Source: a virus
Lineage: Duplodnaviria > Caudoviricetes
Length of the DNA stretch: 35,759 nt
IMG/VR virus record: IMGVR_UViG_3300042988_000102
Coordinates: 1-35,759 of that record
Reading direction: 5' to 3' (one strand)
Each line of letters opens with the position of its first letter. Position 1 is the first letter of the stretch. A program made the translations under genes and the position numbers. Below are positions 7,035-15,318 of the stretch, piece after piece. The notes beneath the pieces were generated by a model. That model saw nothing but the letters and a program-made list of their open reading frames with translations, ran no database searches and was not told the DNA's origin.

Positions 7035-7337
7035 ATGTTTAAATTTTTCAGAGCAAGAGCAACAGACGCAATCACCAGCTTCCAAGCGGCTGATTCAATT
7101 AAAGACGTAGCTAAGATGCACCACGAAGTTATCGTGGCTGCATTGAAGCGATTTGGCCCAATGGGTAAAGACTATATTGCAACGCATACAGGCTTGCAAA
7201 GCAATCAAGTGGCAAGGCGCTTGAGTGAGTTGGAAAAGATGGATTTGATTGAATTGACAGGAAACAAAGTTCAATCGTTAAGCGGTAGGGCAGAACGTGA
7301 ATGGCGCATCAAGCCTGTTCAGCAGGAGTTGCTGTGA
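7035..7337 (+). CDS. Winged-HTH DNA-binding protein
   Basis: IATHTGLQSNQVARRLSELEKMDLIE..G...SGR..REW. Confidence 0.7.
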   Translation: MFKFFRARATDAITSFQAADSIKDVAKMHHEVIVAALKRFGPMGKDYIATHTGLQSNQVARRLSELEKMDLIELTGNKVQSLSGRAEREWRIKPVQQELL

Positions 7338-7376
7338 TTACCATTTTGATTTTTGCACTTTTAATTGATTGGATGA

Positions 7377-7631
7377 TTGATGACAATTAACGCTTTTCAC
7401 CCTGATTACGTTCAGACATATATGCCAGAGTTTCTTTCAACTCTGCGATCAGAATCGACAGCAAAGCTCAACGGCGAGAAATATGGAGCTAGAAGCAGGG
7501 CTGTGCGAGAAAATGCAAGCGTTACTGTGAACACGATCAGCGTGTTTCCAAAGACTAAGGCGCGTGTCTCGTTGAAGCCGACTGAGTTTCTTGTTTATTC
7601 ACGGGCAGGGATGCCAAAGGGGGTTAAATGA
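7377..7631 (+). CDS. Hypothetical protein
   Basis: ORF in the operon with an ATGA overlap downstream. Confidence 0.6.
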   Translation: MMTINAFHPDYVQTYMPEFLSTLRSESTAKLNGEKYGARSRAVRENASVTVNTISVFPKTKARVSLKPTEFLVYSRAGMPKGVK

Positions 7632-7870
7632 TTAAAGAACAAGGTGGGCCAGCGTTCCCAAATGGTACAGGGTGGAATCATGTTGGCGATTGGGTTGGAG
7701 GTGGTGATGATGGCATGACTCTGCGCGACTACTTTGCTGCCAAGGCGATGCAAGGGTTGCTTGCTTCTCCAAGAACACCAACAGAAGACAAGGTTGTAAC
7801 AGATACTGTTGTTGCAAAGTATGCTTATTTAATGGCAGAAGCAATGCTTCGCGCAAGGGACGAAACATGA
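7628..7870 (+). CDS. Conserved phage hypothetical protein (GGPAFP / GMTLRDYFAAKAMQG family)
   Basis: Recognisable GGPAFP, GMTLRDYFAAKAMQG and AY..AEAML.AR motifs. Confidence 0.85.
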   Translation: MIKEQGGPAFPNGTGWNHVGDWVGGGDDGMTLRDYFAAKAMQGLLASPRTPTEDKVVTDTVVAKYAYLMAEAMLRARDET

Positions 7871-8280
7871 TTAAAGATTGCACAAAGTGCGGAACACCAA
7901 CTGAATTTAAGGATGACCACAATAAACGCCAAGGATATTGGTGTAAACCTTGCAGAAGCAAAGCATCTGTCGAGTCAGCTAAAAAACATCGCGAAACAAA
8001 ACGAAAAAACAATAACGCTTACAGCGCAAGAAACTCAAGCAACAGATCAAAAGCCACTGCAAAATGGAGAGCAGATCATCCAGAAAAAAAAGCGGCACAT
8101 CAAGCAGTTCAAACGGCAGTCAGGAATGGCAAACTTATAAAACAACCATGTGAGGTATGTGGGTCAATAAAAGGAATACACGCCCATCATGACAACTACG
8201 AAAAACCGTTAAAAGTTAATTGGCTTTGTCACACTCACCACATGGATCGTCATGCAATGCTGAAAGCGAGAGAGCAATGA
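7867..8280 (+). CDS. Zinc-binding HNH-like protein
   Basis: Two N-terminal CxxC and CEVCG..HAHHDNYEKPL.V.WLC..HH. Confidence 0.75.
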   Translation: MIKDCTKCGTPTEFKDDHNKRQGYWCKPCRSKASVESAKKHRETKRKNNNAYSARNSSNRSKATAKWRADHPEKKAAHQAVQTAVRNGKLIKQPCEVCGSIKGIHAHHDNYEKPLKVNWLCHTHHMDRHAMLKAREQ

Positions 8281-8450
8281 GTGGAAAAGGCTCAGATCAA
8301 CGACCAACAGATCACAAGAAATTTAGCGAAAACTACGACCTAATTTTTGGAAAGAAAAATGAACCAGTACAAGACAGTCTTAGCACCAAATGCCCCGTGG
8401 CCCAAGTGGGAGACAGTGGAGAAACCAAAGAAAAAACAGATTGCAAATAA
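8277..8450 (+). CDS. Small hypothetical protein (MSGKGSDQRP...)
   Basis: ATGA-coupled start at 8277. Confidence 0.5.
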   Translation: MSGKGSDQRPTDHKKFSENYDLIFGKKNEPVQDSLSTKCPVAQVGDSGETKEKTDCK

Positions 8451-8580
8451 AATAAGCGGGTCTGACTTAGCTTATTTTCTGCAAAATGAAGCACCTAACC
8501 ACTATAAAACTTCCATCAAACATCGAACCCGTGACAAGTTTTCGGGGCGATTCACGAGTAATCGTGGGATGGAAAAATAG
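8359..8580 (+). CDS. Hypothetical protein (MNQYKTVLAPNAPWP...)
   Basis: ATG at 8359, overlapping its neighbours. Confidence 0.5.
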   Translation: MNQYKTVLAPNAPWPKWETVEKPKKKQIANKISGSDLAYFLQNEAPNHYKTSIKHRTRDKFSGRFTSNRGMEK

Positions 8581-8686
8581 AGAACAGCGGCTTGCAACTG
8601 TCAGAGAACAAAGGCTCTGGCGTTGCCTTAAATGTGATGAGTATTTTCAAACACTAGCAGAGGCAAGGGAACACAAACATGGATAA
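8564..8686 (+). CDS. Small C2H2-like zinc-finger protein
   Basis: WRCLKCDEYFQTLAEAREHKH. GTG start proposed at 8564. Confidence 0.5.
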   Translation: MGWKNREQRLATVREQRLWRCLKCDEYFQTLAEAREHKHG

Positions 8687-8780
8687 CTTGACAATCATCA
8701 TAGCAATCTTGTTGCTTGGCGCTGTTGTTTTCTTTTCCGTGTTTGCGTTCGTTCTTTCTCTGTTAGTTGCTCAAGATTGA
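8679..8780 (+). CDS. Small membrane peptide (33 aa)
   Basis: MDNLTIIIAILLLGAVVFFSVFAFVLSLLVAQD with an AGGGA RBS. Its end overlaps the endolysin stop tail-to-tail. Confidence 0.5.
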   Translation: MDNLTIIIAILLLGAVVFFSVFAFVLSLLVAQD

Positions 8781-9370
8781 AGCACCTCTAAGGCGTGATT
8801 GATGTGCTTGATACGGTCATCAAGTCCAATCGTGCCACCGTTGATTTTCTTGGTTAACTGAGTCCAATCACCACGCTCTGCGATCTCATTGCAGTTGTGT
8901 GTTGACCAGAACCATCCAGCAGTTAGAGATGCGAATCTTGGAGTAGCAACCAAATCAGGCTGCATGACAAAATCAACGCCCAATGCCTTACCAGCATGAA
9001 AATAGTTAGCATGACCAGTAAGCTGAATACACCCACGACCCCGAAAACGATACCCGTCACCAGATGCCTCATCACGGTTGCCCATACGACTAGCGTAAAC
9101 CATGTTGGCGATTTTTCTAGGGTTTTTCTCGTAAGCATTGGCAACCTCTAAGGTGGGAAATCGTTTAGGCCACAGCTTCATTAAAGTAGCAGCACGATAG
9201 TTCAGGTTTTCCTCAAGAATCTTAAAGTTGCCGCACTCATGCCCACACTGCCCAATGAAAGCGGCTTGTTTCTTAGGCGTATCAATTCCAAAGCGGCTGA
9301 AAGTCTCGTTGAGTCCATCAAGCCATTGTGAGCCAATGTGGAGTTTTTCTAGTTTCTCAGCGGTCAGCAT
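8771..9370 (-). CDS. Endolysin, glycoside hydrolase family 19
   Basis: AAFIGQCGHEC, EENLNY, GDGYRFRGRGCIQLTG..NY, AGWFW, TKKINGGTIGL.DR. Confidence 0.92.
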   Translation of the reverse strand: MLTAEKLEKLHIGSQWLDGLNETFSRFGIDTPKKQAAFIGQCGHECGNFKILEENLNYRAATLMKLWPKRFPTLEVANAYEKNPRKIANMVYASRMGNRDEASGDGYRFRGRGCIQLTGHANYFHAGKALGVDFVMQPDLVATPRFASLTAGWFWSTHNCNEIAERGDWTQLTKKINGGTIGLDDRIKHINHALEVLQS

Positions 9371-9818
9371 TTACTTGACTCCTTACTTGCTCGTAGGCTG
9401 TGATGCAGGCGTTGAGCTTGTTGATTGCCCTGTCGCCTTCTGCTGCGATTTCTGCAATAAGTCGTAAAGTCTCTCGCTCAGATTCGCTTGCTGTTTCGTT
9501 ATTTCCGCTGGCAGTGGTGGCACTTGAACTGGCTTGTACGCAACCTGAGTTGAGGCGCACCCGACCAGAGTTGATAAGACGATCAAGATCAGACTGTTTT
9601 TTATTGACAACATCGTTAGCCTCTCTCAGTTGTGATGATGTTTGGTTTAAATCTTCAGCAAGTTTTTGCTCTTTCTCCCGAGCCTCGCCATTTAGACGCG
9701 CAATCTCTAACTGCATTTCCTGATCGCGTTTCACATACCCAACATGGTGGGCATAGAAGTAGAGAATAGAAGCAGCGCAGATTGCTCCGAGAATCATCCA
9801 AGGATTAGGCAGTCTCAT
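9357..9818 (-). CDS. Rz-like inner-membrane spanin
   Basis: N-terminal TM, coiled coil, RVRL motif and a C-terminal Cys (LNAC). Confidence 0.85.
   Translation of the reverse strand: MRLPNPWMILGAICAASILYFYAHHVGYVKRDQEMQLEIARLNGEAREKEQKLAEDLNQTSSQLREANDVVNKKQSDLDRLINSGRVRLNSGCVQASSSATTASGNNETASESERETLRLIAEIAAEGDRAINKLNACITAYEQVRSQVNADR
9383..9613 (-). CDS. Rz1-like outer-membrane lipoprotein spanin embedded in Rz
   Basis: Lipobox LVGC and Pro-rich PVQVPPLP, fully nested in an alternative frame of Rz. Confidence 0.8.
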   Translation of the reverse strand: MLSIKNSLILIVLSTLVGCASTQVAYKPVQVPPLPAEITKQQANLSERLYDLLQKSQQKATGQSTSSTPASQPTSK

Positions 9819-10252
9819 CGTTCAGCAGCCCTTGCAAGTGCCAATTCCTCGCGCTCATGCTCTGGCTCAAGATGATTCGCAGGAGTCGTTGGCGGTGGTG
9901 GTGGAGTCCAAGATTCATCAAGTTCAGGGTTGACCCATACAGGCAACGCGCCCGATGGGTCACTTGGCTTTGGGGGCGTTTCTCCAGATGGAGTTGACGT
10001 AGAACTCACAGCGCGTTTAGTCATCACACCACCAATGCCACCAACGATGAGAAGAACAATGTCGTTCAACATCTTTAGGTAGCCTTGGTCAATAGGAGCC
10101 ATTGACTTGATCGGCTGAGTTACGAAAGTCACGCTGTAAAGCATGAAAAAGACGATTCCAGCAAGAATGACAGTAACGATGCCGACCACGAAGGCCCACA
10201 CCCTTACTTCAATTTCCGCTGGCGTTAGAGGCTGTTGGTTGGGCTGGCTCAA
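9815..10252 (-). CDS. Two-TM membrane protein, holin candidate
   Basis: Two hydrophobic helices and a Pro-rich tail, upstream of the spanin and endolysin. Confidence 0.6.
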   Translation of the reverse strand: MSQPNQQPLTPAEIEVRVWAFVVGIVTVILAGIVFFMLYSVTFVTQPIKSMAPIDQGYLKMLNDIVLLIVGGIGGVMTKRAVSSTSTPSGETPPKPSDPSGALPVWVNPELDESWTPPPPPTTPANHLEPEHEREELALARAAER

Positions 10253-10427
10253 TTTTCTTCTCCAATACAGGTGCGACTAAATATTCAGGGCAGGTTTGAG
10301 TGAACAAACAGCGTGGCTTCTGACACTCTGGCAAGTTGAATTTGTCAGGATTCTGACAGGTATAGCGGTATCTGTCTTCACAGCCTACCAGCGTCAGAAA
10401 CAGGCTTATCAGCAATAGTTTTTTCAT
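10209..10427 (-). CDS. Lipoprotein with four extra Cys
   Basis: MKKLLLISLFLTLVG|C lipobox, then CQNP..CQKPRC...CPEYL. Confidence 0.75.
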   Translation of the reverse strand: MKKLLLISLFLTLVGCEDRYRYTCQNPDKFNLPECQKPRCLFTQTCPEYLVAPVLEKKIEPAQPTASNASGN

Positions 10428-10632
10428 TCTTTCCTTTCAGCTCTTGTTTGAGTTTCCGAATCTGTCTGATCTCATATTGCATCTCTGATCTGAGTTTCAT
10501 GTAGTCAACAACGACCAACATAGAAACTGGCAAAGCCAAAAACAACACAATTGATAGAGTGACTACACCGACAACAAACCAGCGCGTGTCTTCTCTAGCC
10601 ATCCTAGCAACAGCATTAACCCCCACATCCAT
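10378..10632 (-). CDS. Single-TM membrane protein (start uncertain: 10632 or 10602)
   Basis: TM segment WFVVGVVTLSIVLFLALPVSMLVVV followed by a coiled coil. Confidence 0.55.
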   Translation of the reverse strand: MDVGVNAVARMAREDTRWFVVGVVTLSIVLFLALPVSMLVVVDYMKLRSEMQYEIRQIRKLKQELKGKNEKTIADKPVSDAGRL

Positions 10633-11336
10633 AGAATTAGAAGCAGGATTAGAGCCGAAGCTACCGCCCTGTCTATTCTGTGATTGCGAAGTAGCTCGCG
10701 TTGCCATTTAGCATCTCTTTCGTTCTTCCGTTTGAGTTGCCTAGCAAACTCTTGTTCTTCAAGAATAAGGTCGTACATTTCAAGGAAACGGCTGTAAATG
10801 TTCCGAAGTTCTTTCGGCGCATAGACCATTGCTTCCCTGATTTGAATTGTCATGTTCTCCAATTGGAGTTCAATCTCAACTCTGTCAATCGCACTATCTT
10901 CAATTGTCTCAGTAGTTTTACTGATTTCTTCCAATTCAAGGCAATGCGCTTTTAATGTCCTTCTGATCTCAAAAAATGTTTTCAGTTTCTCACAGACTTG
11001 GTGAATCGCTTGGGTTTGATATTCCTCATAACTTAACTCAACAGCCTTCTCATGTTTGGTTTTATCTGATTTTTTAACTTGAGGAGCTTGCTTGACAACA
11101 TCTTGCGCCTTAGCTTCAACAACAACTGTGCTTTGCTTCTTGGGCGCAAAAAGTCCTTGTAACCAAGACCAAATACCAGTAACTTCCTTATAGATAGCCT
11201 TGGCGTCACCAATTCCTTGCTCAACAGTCTTCTTGAGCTTACTGATCTCCGCTTTCCCTTCAGACAGCATCTCACAGCCCTTTCGGACTGCCGCGACAGC
11301 CGCTTGAGCTGCCATGAGAAGGGAAATAGGGTCAAT
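10563..11336 (-). CDS. Coiled-coil protein with a C-terminal TM anchor; probable ATT start at 11336
   Basis: The frame extends (I)DPISLL upstream of the ATG at 11315. AGGA lies 9 nt before the ATT. Confidence 0.7.
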   Translation of the reverse strand: MDPISLLMAAQAAVAAVRKGCEMLSEGKAEISKLKKTVEQGIGDAKAIYKEVTGIWSWLQGLFAPKKQSTVVVEAKAQDVVKQAPQVKKSDKTKHEKAVELSYEEYQTQAIHQVCEKLKTFFEIRRTLKAHCLELEEISKTTETIEDSAIDRVEIELQLENMTIQIREAMVYAPKELRNIYSRFLEMYDLILEEQEFARQLKRKNERDAKWQRELLRNHRIDRAVASALILLLILWMWGLMLLLGWLEKTRAGLLSV

Positions 11337-11339
11337 GGC

Positions 11340-11543
11340 TTACAGTCCTAAAAGTTTCTTAAAGAACTCAGCACCAACGCCAGGGCCAAGCAACACAACA
11401 GCCATCACTGCATAAAGCAGATATTCGATCTTTGTCATGCGTTGTTCGCCGTGGGCTAGGCTTTTGTTGATGCTCTCATAGCGCATCGCACACACTTCTT
11501 CATGTGTGCTTAGTCGTGCTTCTGTTGCGTCAACCGTTGCCAT
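11340..11543 (-). CDS. Small membrane protein (XhlA-like / holin accessory)
   Basis: HEEVCAMRYE coiled coil plus a C-terminal TM. TGATG coupling with the upstream gene. Confidence 0.65.
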   Translation of the reverse strand: MATVDATEARLSTHEEVCAMRYESINKSLAHGEQRMTKIEYLLYAVMAVVLLGPGVGAEFFKKLLGL

Positions 11544-11851
11544 CAATTGCTCCAAGGTGTACCAGTAGCCTTAGAAGGCGTTTGTTGTTCAGCAATCTGA
11601 GCATCGTAACTAGCTTCCATTGCAGCCAATGTTTCAGCACCTAGTGCAGCTTCAACCCAACCAATCACAACAGATTCAGTAAGATCAGCATAAGGAATCA
11701 GGTTAACACCGTCTTCTTTAGCGAAACCAACTGAGCCGTAAGAGCCAACAGTGTTCTCACCTTCGGTCTTAGAAGCAGTCCAATGCACTGTGGTCACAAA
11801 ACCATCAGATGTTTGACGCTCAAGTTGAGCAATTTTGAATTCGATGGTCAT
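11543..11851 (-). CDS. Tail-fibre-associated protein
   Basis: VTTVHW, IPYADLTE..VIGWV and terminal PW, directly after the fibre gene. Confidence 0.65.
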   Translation of the reverse strand: MTIEFKIAQLERQTSDGFVTTVHWTASKTEGENTVGSYGSVGFAKEDGVNLIPYADLTESVVIGWVEAALGAETLAAMEASYDAQIAEQQTPSKATGTPWSN

Positions 11852-13296
11852 TTGTTCTCCAATGCTTCAATACGGGCTGTGAGTGTTGTTAGCGTAGCTT
11901 GCTGCGCGTTGATGATGGCTTGTTGTTCTTGGATGGCTTTAACTATCGTTGGCAGGATGTCGCCCATCTTGATTGATTTTTTGGTTTCAGTCTCGTTGTA
12001 CTGGTATTCGTAAACCAAATCAGGAAAAACTTTCTCGAACTCTTGTGCAATAAAGCCAGCAACATTTTTCTGGTCGATTCCTGTATTTTCTTTCCAATCA
12101 AAACGCCGTGGCTTGAGGGACAAGATCTCAGACAAACCCGTTTCCAAACCTCTAATATTTTCTTTCAGGCTTTCATCTGAAATAGCTGTAATGCTTGTAC
12201 TTGTAGCGTAAACAGTTCCACCCATGCCAACATAAAAACGGTATGCTCCCGCAGTTGATGAATAAACGTGTGATGTGCTATTACTATTTGTACTAGAAGC
12301 TATAGTAGAAAAAACAGCTCCTGTAGGATTAACTTCAAAACCAACGACAGTATTTCCAGATGTTGTTTTCCCCACCAGCAAGTTACCGCTGGAGTCGATA
12401 CGCATACGCTCTGTTTGAGTAGCGCCATTACGAAAAATCTGCGTGTCTGCGTCATAGTAGTTAGTAGATGTTCCGTTATAACCGCAAAGCATTTGCGCCC
12501 AGTTTGCGCCGTTGTTGAGGGCACGAAAAACAGGCTGAGTTGTGCTTGTAGACGCAATGTCAACTTTTCCAGCTGGAGAACTCGTACCAATACCTACGTT
12601 ACCTGCAAAGTAGTTATCAGCAGTACCAGCTGCATAGAAGTTATAACGACCTGTACCAGATGCAATGTTGCCGTAGAAGCCGTAGTTGTTAGTAGCGCCT
12701 GTTAGTGTTGATGCTGCTTGGAATCCATATTGGCTGGTAACAGTAGAGCCTGCTCCAATGGTTGATTGGTTTGCAATATAGTGATTTAATGATGTAAGGG
12801 CAAATGCAGAAGCAATCGTATTTACGCTCGTTTGAAAATATGATGCCGCTGCCGTTACATCCGCTTGAATCTGTCCACCGCTAAACACACCGTAGCTTGA
12901 TGTTGACCCAGTAATGCCTTTAGAAATACGAAGGCTTGTGTTTGTTAAAGAGGTTGAACCAATACCTACGTTACCAGAGCTGTCAACACGAACTCTCTCA
13001 GTACCGCCTGTTGTGATGCCAACAGTATCAGCAGCAGGGAAATAAACACCTGTGTTCGTATCACCAGAAGTCGTGATTGCAGGAGCAGTAGCACTGCCAC
13101 CAGTTACGGTAAGAACACCGCCAACAGTCACAGGGTCACTAGCAGCGCCAGTTTGAAAGTCCTTTAACTGAGCCATCAACGCACGAATGGCGTTATTGAT
13201 ACCGCTAGGCGCACAGCCCTCATCTATATTTATGGATGCAATGTCTGTGTTTGAGTTTGCGGTACTGCTGTACTCGCTGATTTTGGTTTTTGCCAT
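11848..13296 (-). CDS. Tail fibre with a C-terminal intramolecular chaperone (peptidase S74)
   Basis: EGCAPSGINNAIR.LMA attachment region, ER.RxDSSGN(V/L)GIG repeats, SDESLKENI..GFIAQE..KAIQEQQ. Confidence 0.88.
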   Translation of the reverse strand: MAKTKISEYSSTANSNTDIASINIDEGCAPSGINNAIRALMAQLKDFQTGAASDPVTVGGVLTVTGGSATAPAITTSGDTNTGVYFPAADTVGITTGGTERVRVDSSGNVGIGSTSLTNTSLRISKGITGSTSSYGVFSGGQIQADVTAAASYFQTSVNTIASAFALTSLNHYIANQSTIGAGSTVTSQYGFQAASTLTGATNNYGFYGNIASGTGRYNFYAAGTADNYFAGNVGIGTSSPAGKVDIASTSTTQPVFRALNNGANWAQMLCGYNGTSTNYYDADTQIFRNGATQTERMRIDSSGNLLVGKTTSGNTVVGFEVNPTGAVFSTIASSTNSNSTSHVYSSTAGAYRFYVGMGGTVYATSTSITAISDESLKENIRGLETGLSEILSLKPRRFDWKENTGIDQKNVAGFIAQEFEKVFPDLVYEYQYNETETKKSIKMGDILPTIVKAIQEQQAIINAQQATLTTLTARIEALENK

Positions 13297-15318
13297 TTAT
13301 CTCTCCGTTAATCCGAATGAAGCGCCATAACCTGCGGCAATGGCTTTGCGTTGAAGTTCTTTGCTCAATGGCTCAACACTTACAACAGATGCCTTTGTCA
13401 TCAGCTTTGATGCAAGTTTAGGGTCAAGCATTGCATCCACCAACAGCTCACGAATCTGATCGTCTGTGCCGTTGTAGAGCCAATTCAAAGGAGCAGCGAC
13501 CTTATTCACAGCTGCTGGAACTTCTCCAAACATCTGCTTGCCAATGAAAGCGCCAATGATGTTTGCTGTGCTTAGATTCTTGAATGTGTCTGAGCCAGGC
13601 GTTTTTACCGCTCTGTTCAAGACGCCAGAATCTAAATCTTCTGCAACTTTTTTCAACACAGCCAATTGAGTGTTGGAAAGATTTGTTTCCTTCTCAGCAT
13701 TTCTAATTGCGCGTGTAAAAGATGGCTGAGAAATCATGTAGTCACCAATCCGAGATGGATCTGGCGTAGTTGACAACACTTTCCCACGGAACTCTTGAGC
13801 CGCCTCAAGTTTCTCAATGCCTTTGCTTGATTGAGCGTATTTCTTGAGATAGTCCTTGTAGCCAGGAGCAGCAGAGTCAATTGCGTCATCAATTGAACGA
13901 ATGACTTGTTCAAGCTGTCCTTTTGCCAAGCTGTACGCAGCACCATCTTTATCCAAACGACCCTGAGAAGCATCACGCAAGTCTTTGCGCACTTCATACA
14001 GACGCTCTGGGGTTGTGCCACGCTTGATTTGTTCTTTAGCCCAATTCATCGTGCTTTCAACGGTAGAACGAGCGCCAGCACTAGAGCCAAGAATGTCATC
14101 AATTGTCTGGTTCACAGTAAGATTGACAGCAGATTGGAAAGTCTCAGGGCTGACTGTTGATTTGGCAAACGCAGCTTCACGCAATGGAGCAGTTACATCA
14201 TCACGCTTTGCAACGGCAGAATTTAATGCTTCTTTGTCTTTTGCCAAACGGTCTAAGATAGCCATTCGAGCTTGATTTGCTTGCGATGCTTGAGCGCCAA
14301 ACTTGCCTGTTACATCCAATGCGCGAATTGGTGTTTCAGCAGCGATTAGACCAACGTCACGGCTTGCTTGTGCTGCGGTAGGCGTGTAACCACCAATAGG
14401 AGCTTGATAGCCTTCCATCGCCTTAATAGCAGTCTCAGGCTCACGCGATAACTGACGTAGAACGCCACCAGCGATTGCCTCGCGACCAGCTTGAGTTGCT
14501 GGCCTCACAACCTCTTTAGCAGCACGACCAACAGCAGGGCCAAGTGCCATTGCGCCAGAAGGAGTTGCAGCGCCACCAATACTTGCAATCAACTGCATCA
14601 ATGGGCTTGCATCGCTTTCACGCGCAGCACCACCAGCTAGAGCGCCACCAGTTGCGGCAACAACTTGAGCTGGAACATTCTCGGCAACCATTGATGGATA
14701 AGCAATTCTTGCTGGCGCGTTTGAAACGAATTGAGCGCCTGTCATTGGCCTGCCAGTAGCAATGAAATCTCTTACAGCTCCACTTGAAACTGCCTGTGAT
14801 ACGCCTTTTTCAGCGGCTGGCAACATACCAGTAGGAATTGCGGCACTCAAAAGTTTTTGAGCAACTCCAACAGGAGCAGCAACACCGCCAATGGCAGCAG
14901 CTGATTCAGTCATCAAACGCTCTGATGGAGTCTCAGCTTTTGGAGCGCCCAAAGAAGATAAGAAATCACCAAATGCCTCGGCTTGAGGCTTGTAAACCTG
15001 ACGACCAGCAGCAATGTTAATCAGACTAGCAGGAACATCGGCAATCATTGCTGGCAACGATGCAGCACCAGTTAAAGCGCCACGGGCTGTTAAGCCAAGA
15101 TTACGCAATAAATCGCCTGTTGCTTCAACAGTAGGCTTTGGCTTATCAAAACCAAAAGCGGCTCGCACTTCTTCTTTTGCTGTCATCTTTTTAGGAGCAG
15201 CAAGTTTTGGTTCTTCACCAGCAAGAATTGCAAGCGCAGCGTCTGACATAGAAGCCATGTCGCCATTGGCTAATGCTTCTAAGTCCTTATCTGACAGTTT
15301 GGATAAATCAGGTGGCAT
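13297..15318 (-). CDS. Putative ejected internal virion protein (large)
   Basis: Ala/Gly-rich helical 673-aa protein in the position of podovirus injection proteins. Confidence 0.6.
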   Translation of the reverse strand: MPPDLSKLSDKDLEALANGDMASMSDAALAILAGEEPKLAAPKKMTAKEEVRAAFGFDKPKPTVEATGDLLRNLGLTARGALTGAASLPAMIADVPASLINIAAGRQVYKPQAEAFGDFLSSLGAPKAETPSERLMTESAAAIGGVAAPVGVAQKLLSAAIPTGMLPAAEKGVSQAVSSGAVRDFIATGRPMTGAQFVSNAPARIAYPSMVAENVPAQVVAATGGALAGGAARESDASPLMQLIASIGGAATPSGAMALGPAVGRAAKEVVRPATQAGREAIAGGVLRQLSREPETAIKAMEGYQAPIGGYTPTAAQASRDVGLIAAETPIRALDVTGKFGAQASQANQARMAILDRLAKDKEALNSAVAKRDDVTAPLREAAFAKSTVSPETFQSAVNLTVNQTIDDILGSSAGARSTVESTMNWAKEQIKRGTTPERLYEVRKDLRDASQGRLDKDGAAYSLAKGQLEQVIRSIDDAIDSAAPGYKDYLKKYAQSSKGIEKLEAAQEFRGKVLSTTPDPSRIGDYMISQPSFTRAIRNAEKETNLSNTQLAVLKKVAEDLDSGVLNRAVKTPGSDTFKNLSTANIIGAFIGKQMFGEVPAAVNKVAAPLNWLYNGTDDQIRELLVDAMLDPKLASKLMTKASVVSVEPLSKELQRKAIAAGYGASFGLTER

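Noticed and set aside
7334-7390. 18-codon hydrophobic ORF (VITILIFALLIDWMIDDN)
   Set aside because: It has a plausible GTGA overlap and RBS but is too short to support without homologues.
12586-12975. 18-bp repeat ACCAATACCTACGTTACC in the tail fibre as an invertible or shufflon site
   Set aside because: It is a direct repeat encoding the common GNVGIG fibre motif, and no invertase is present.
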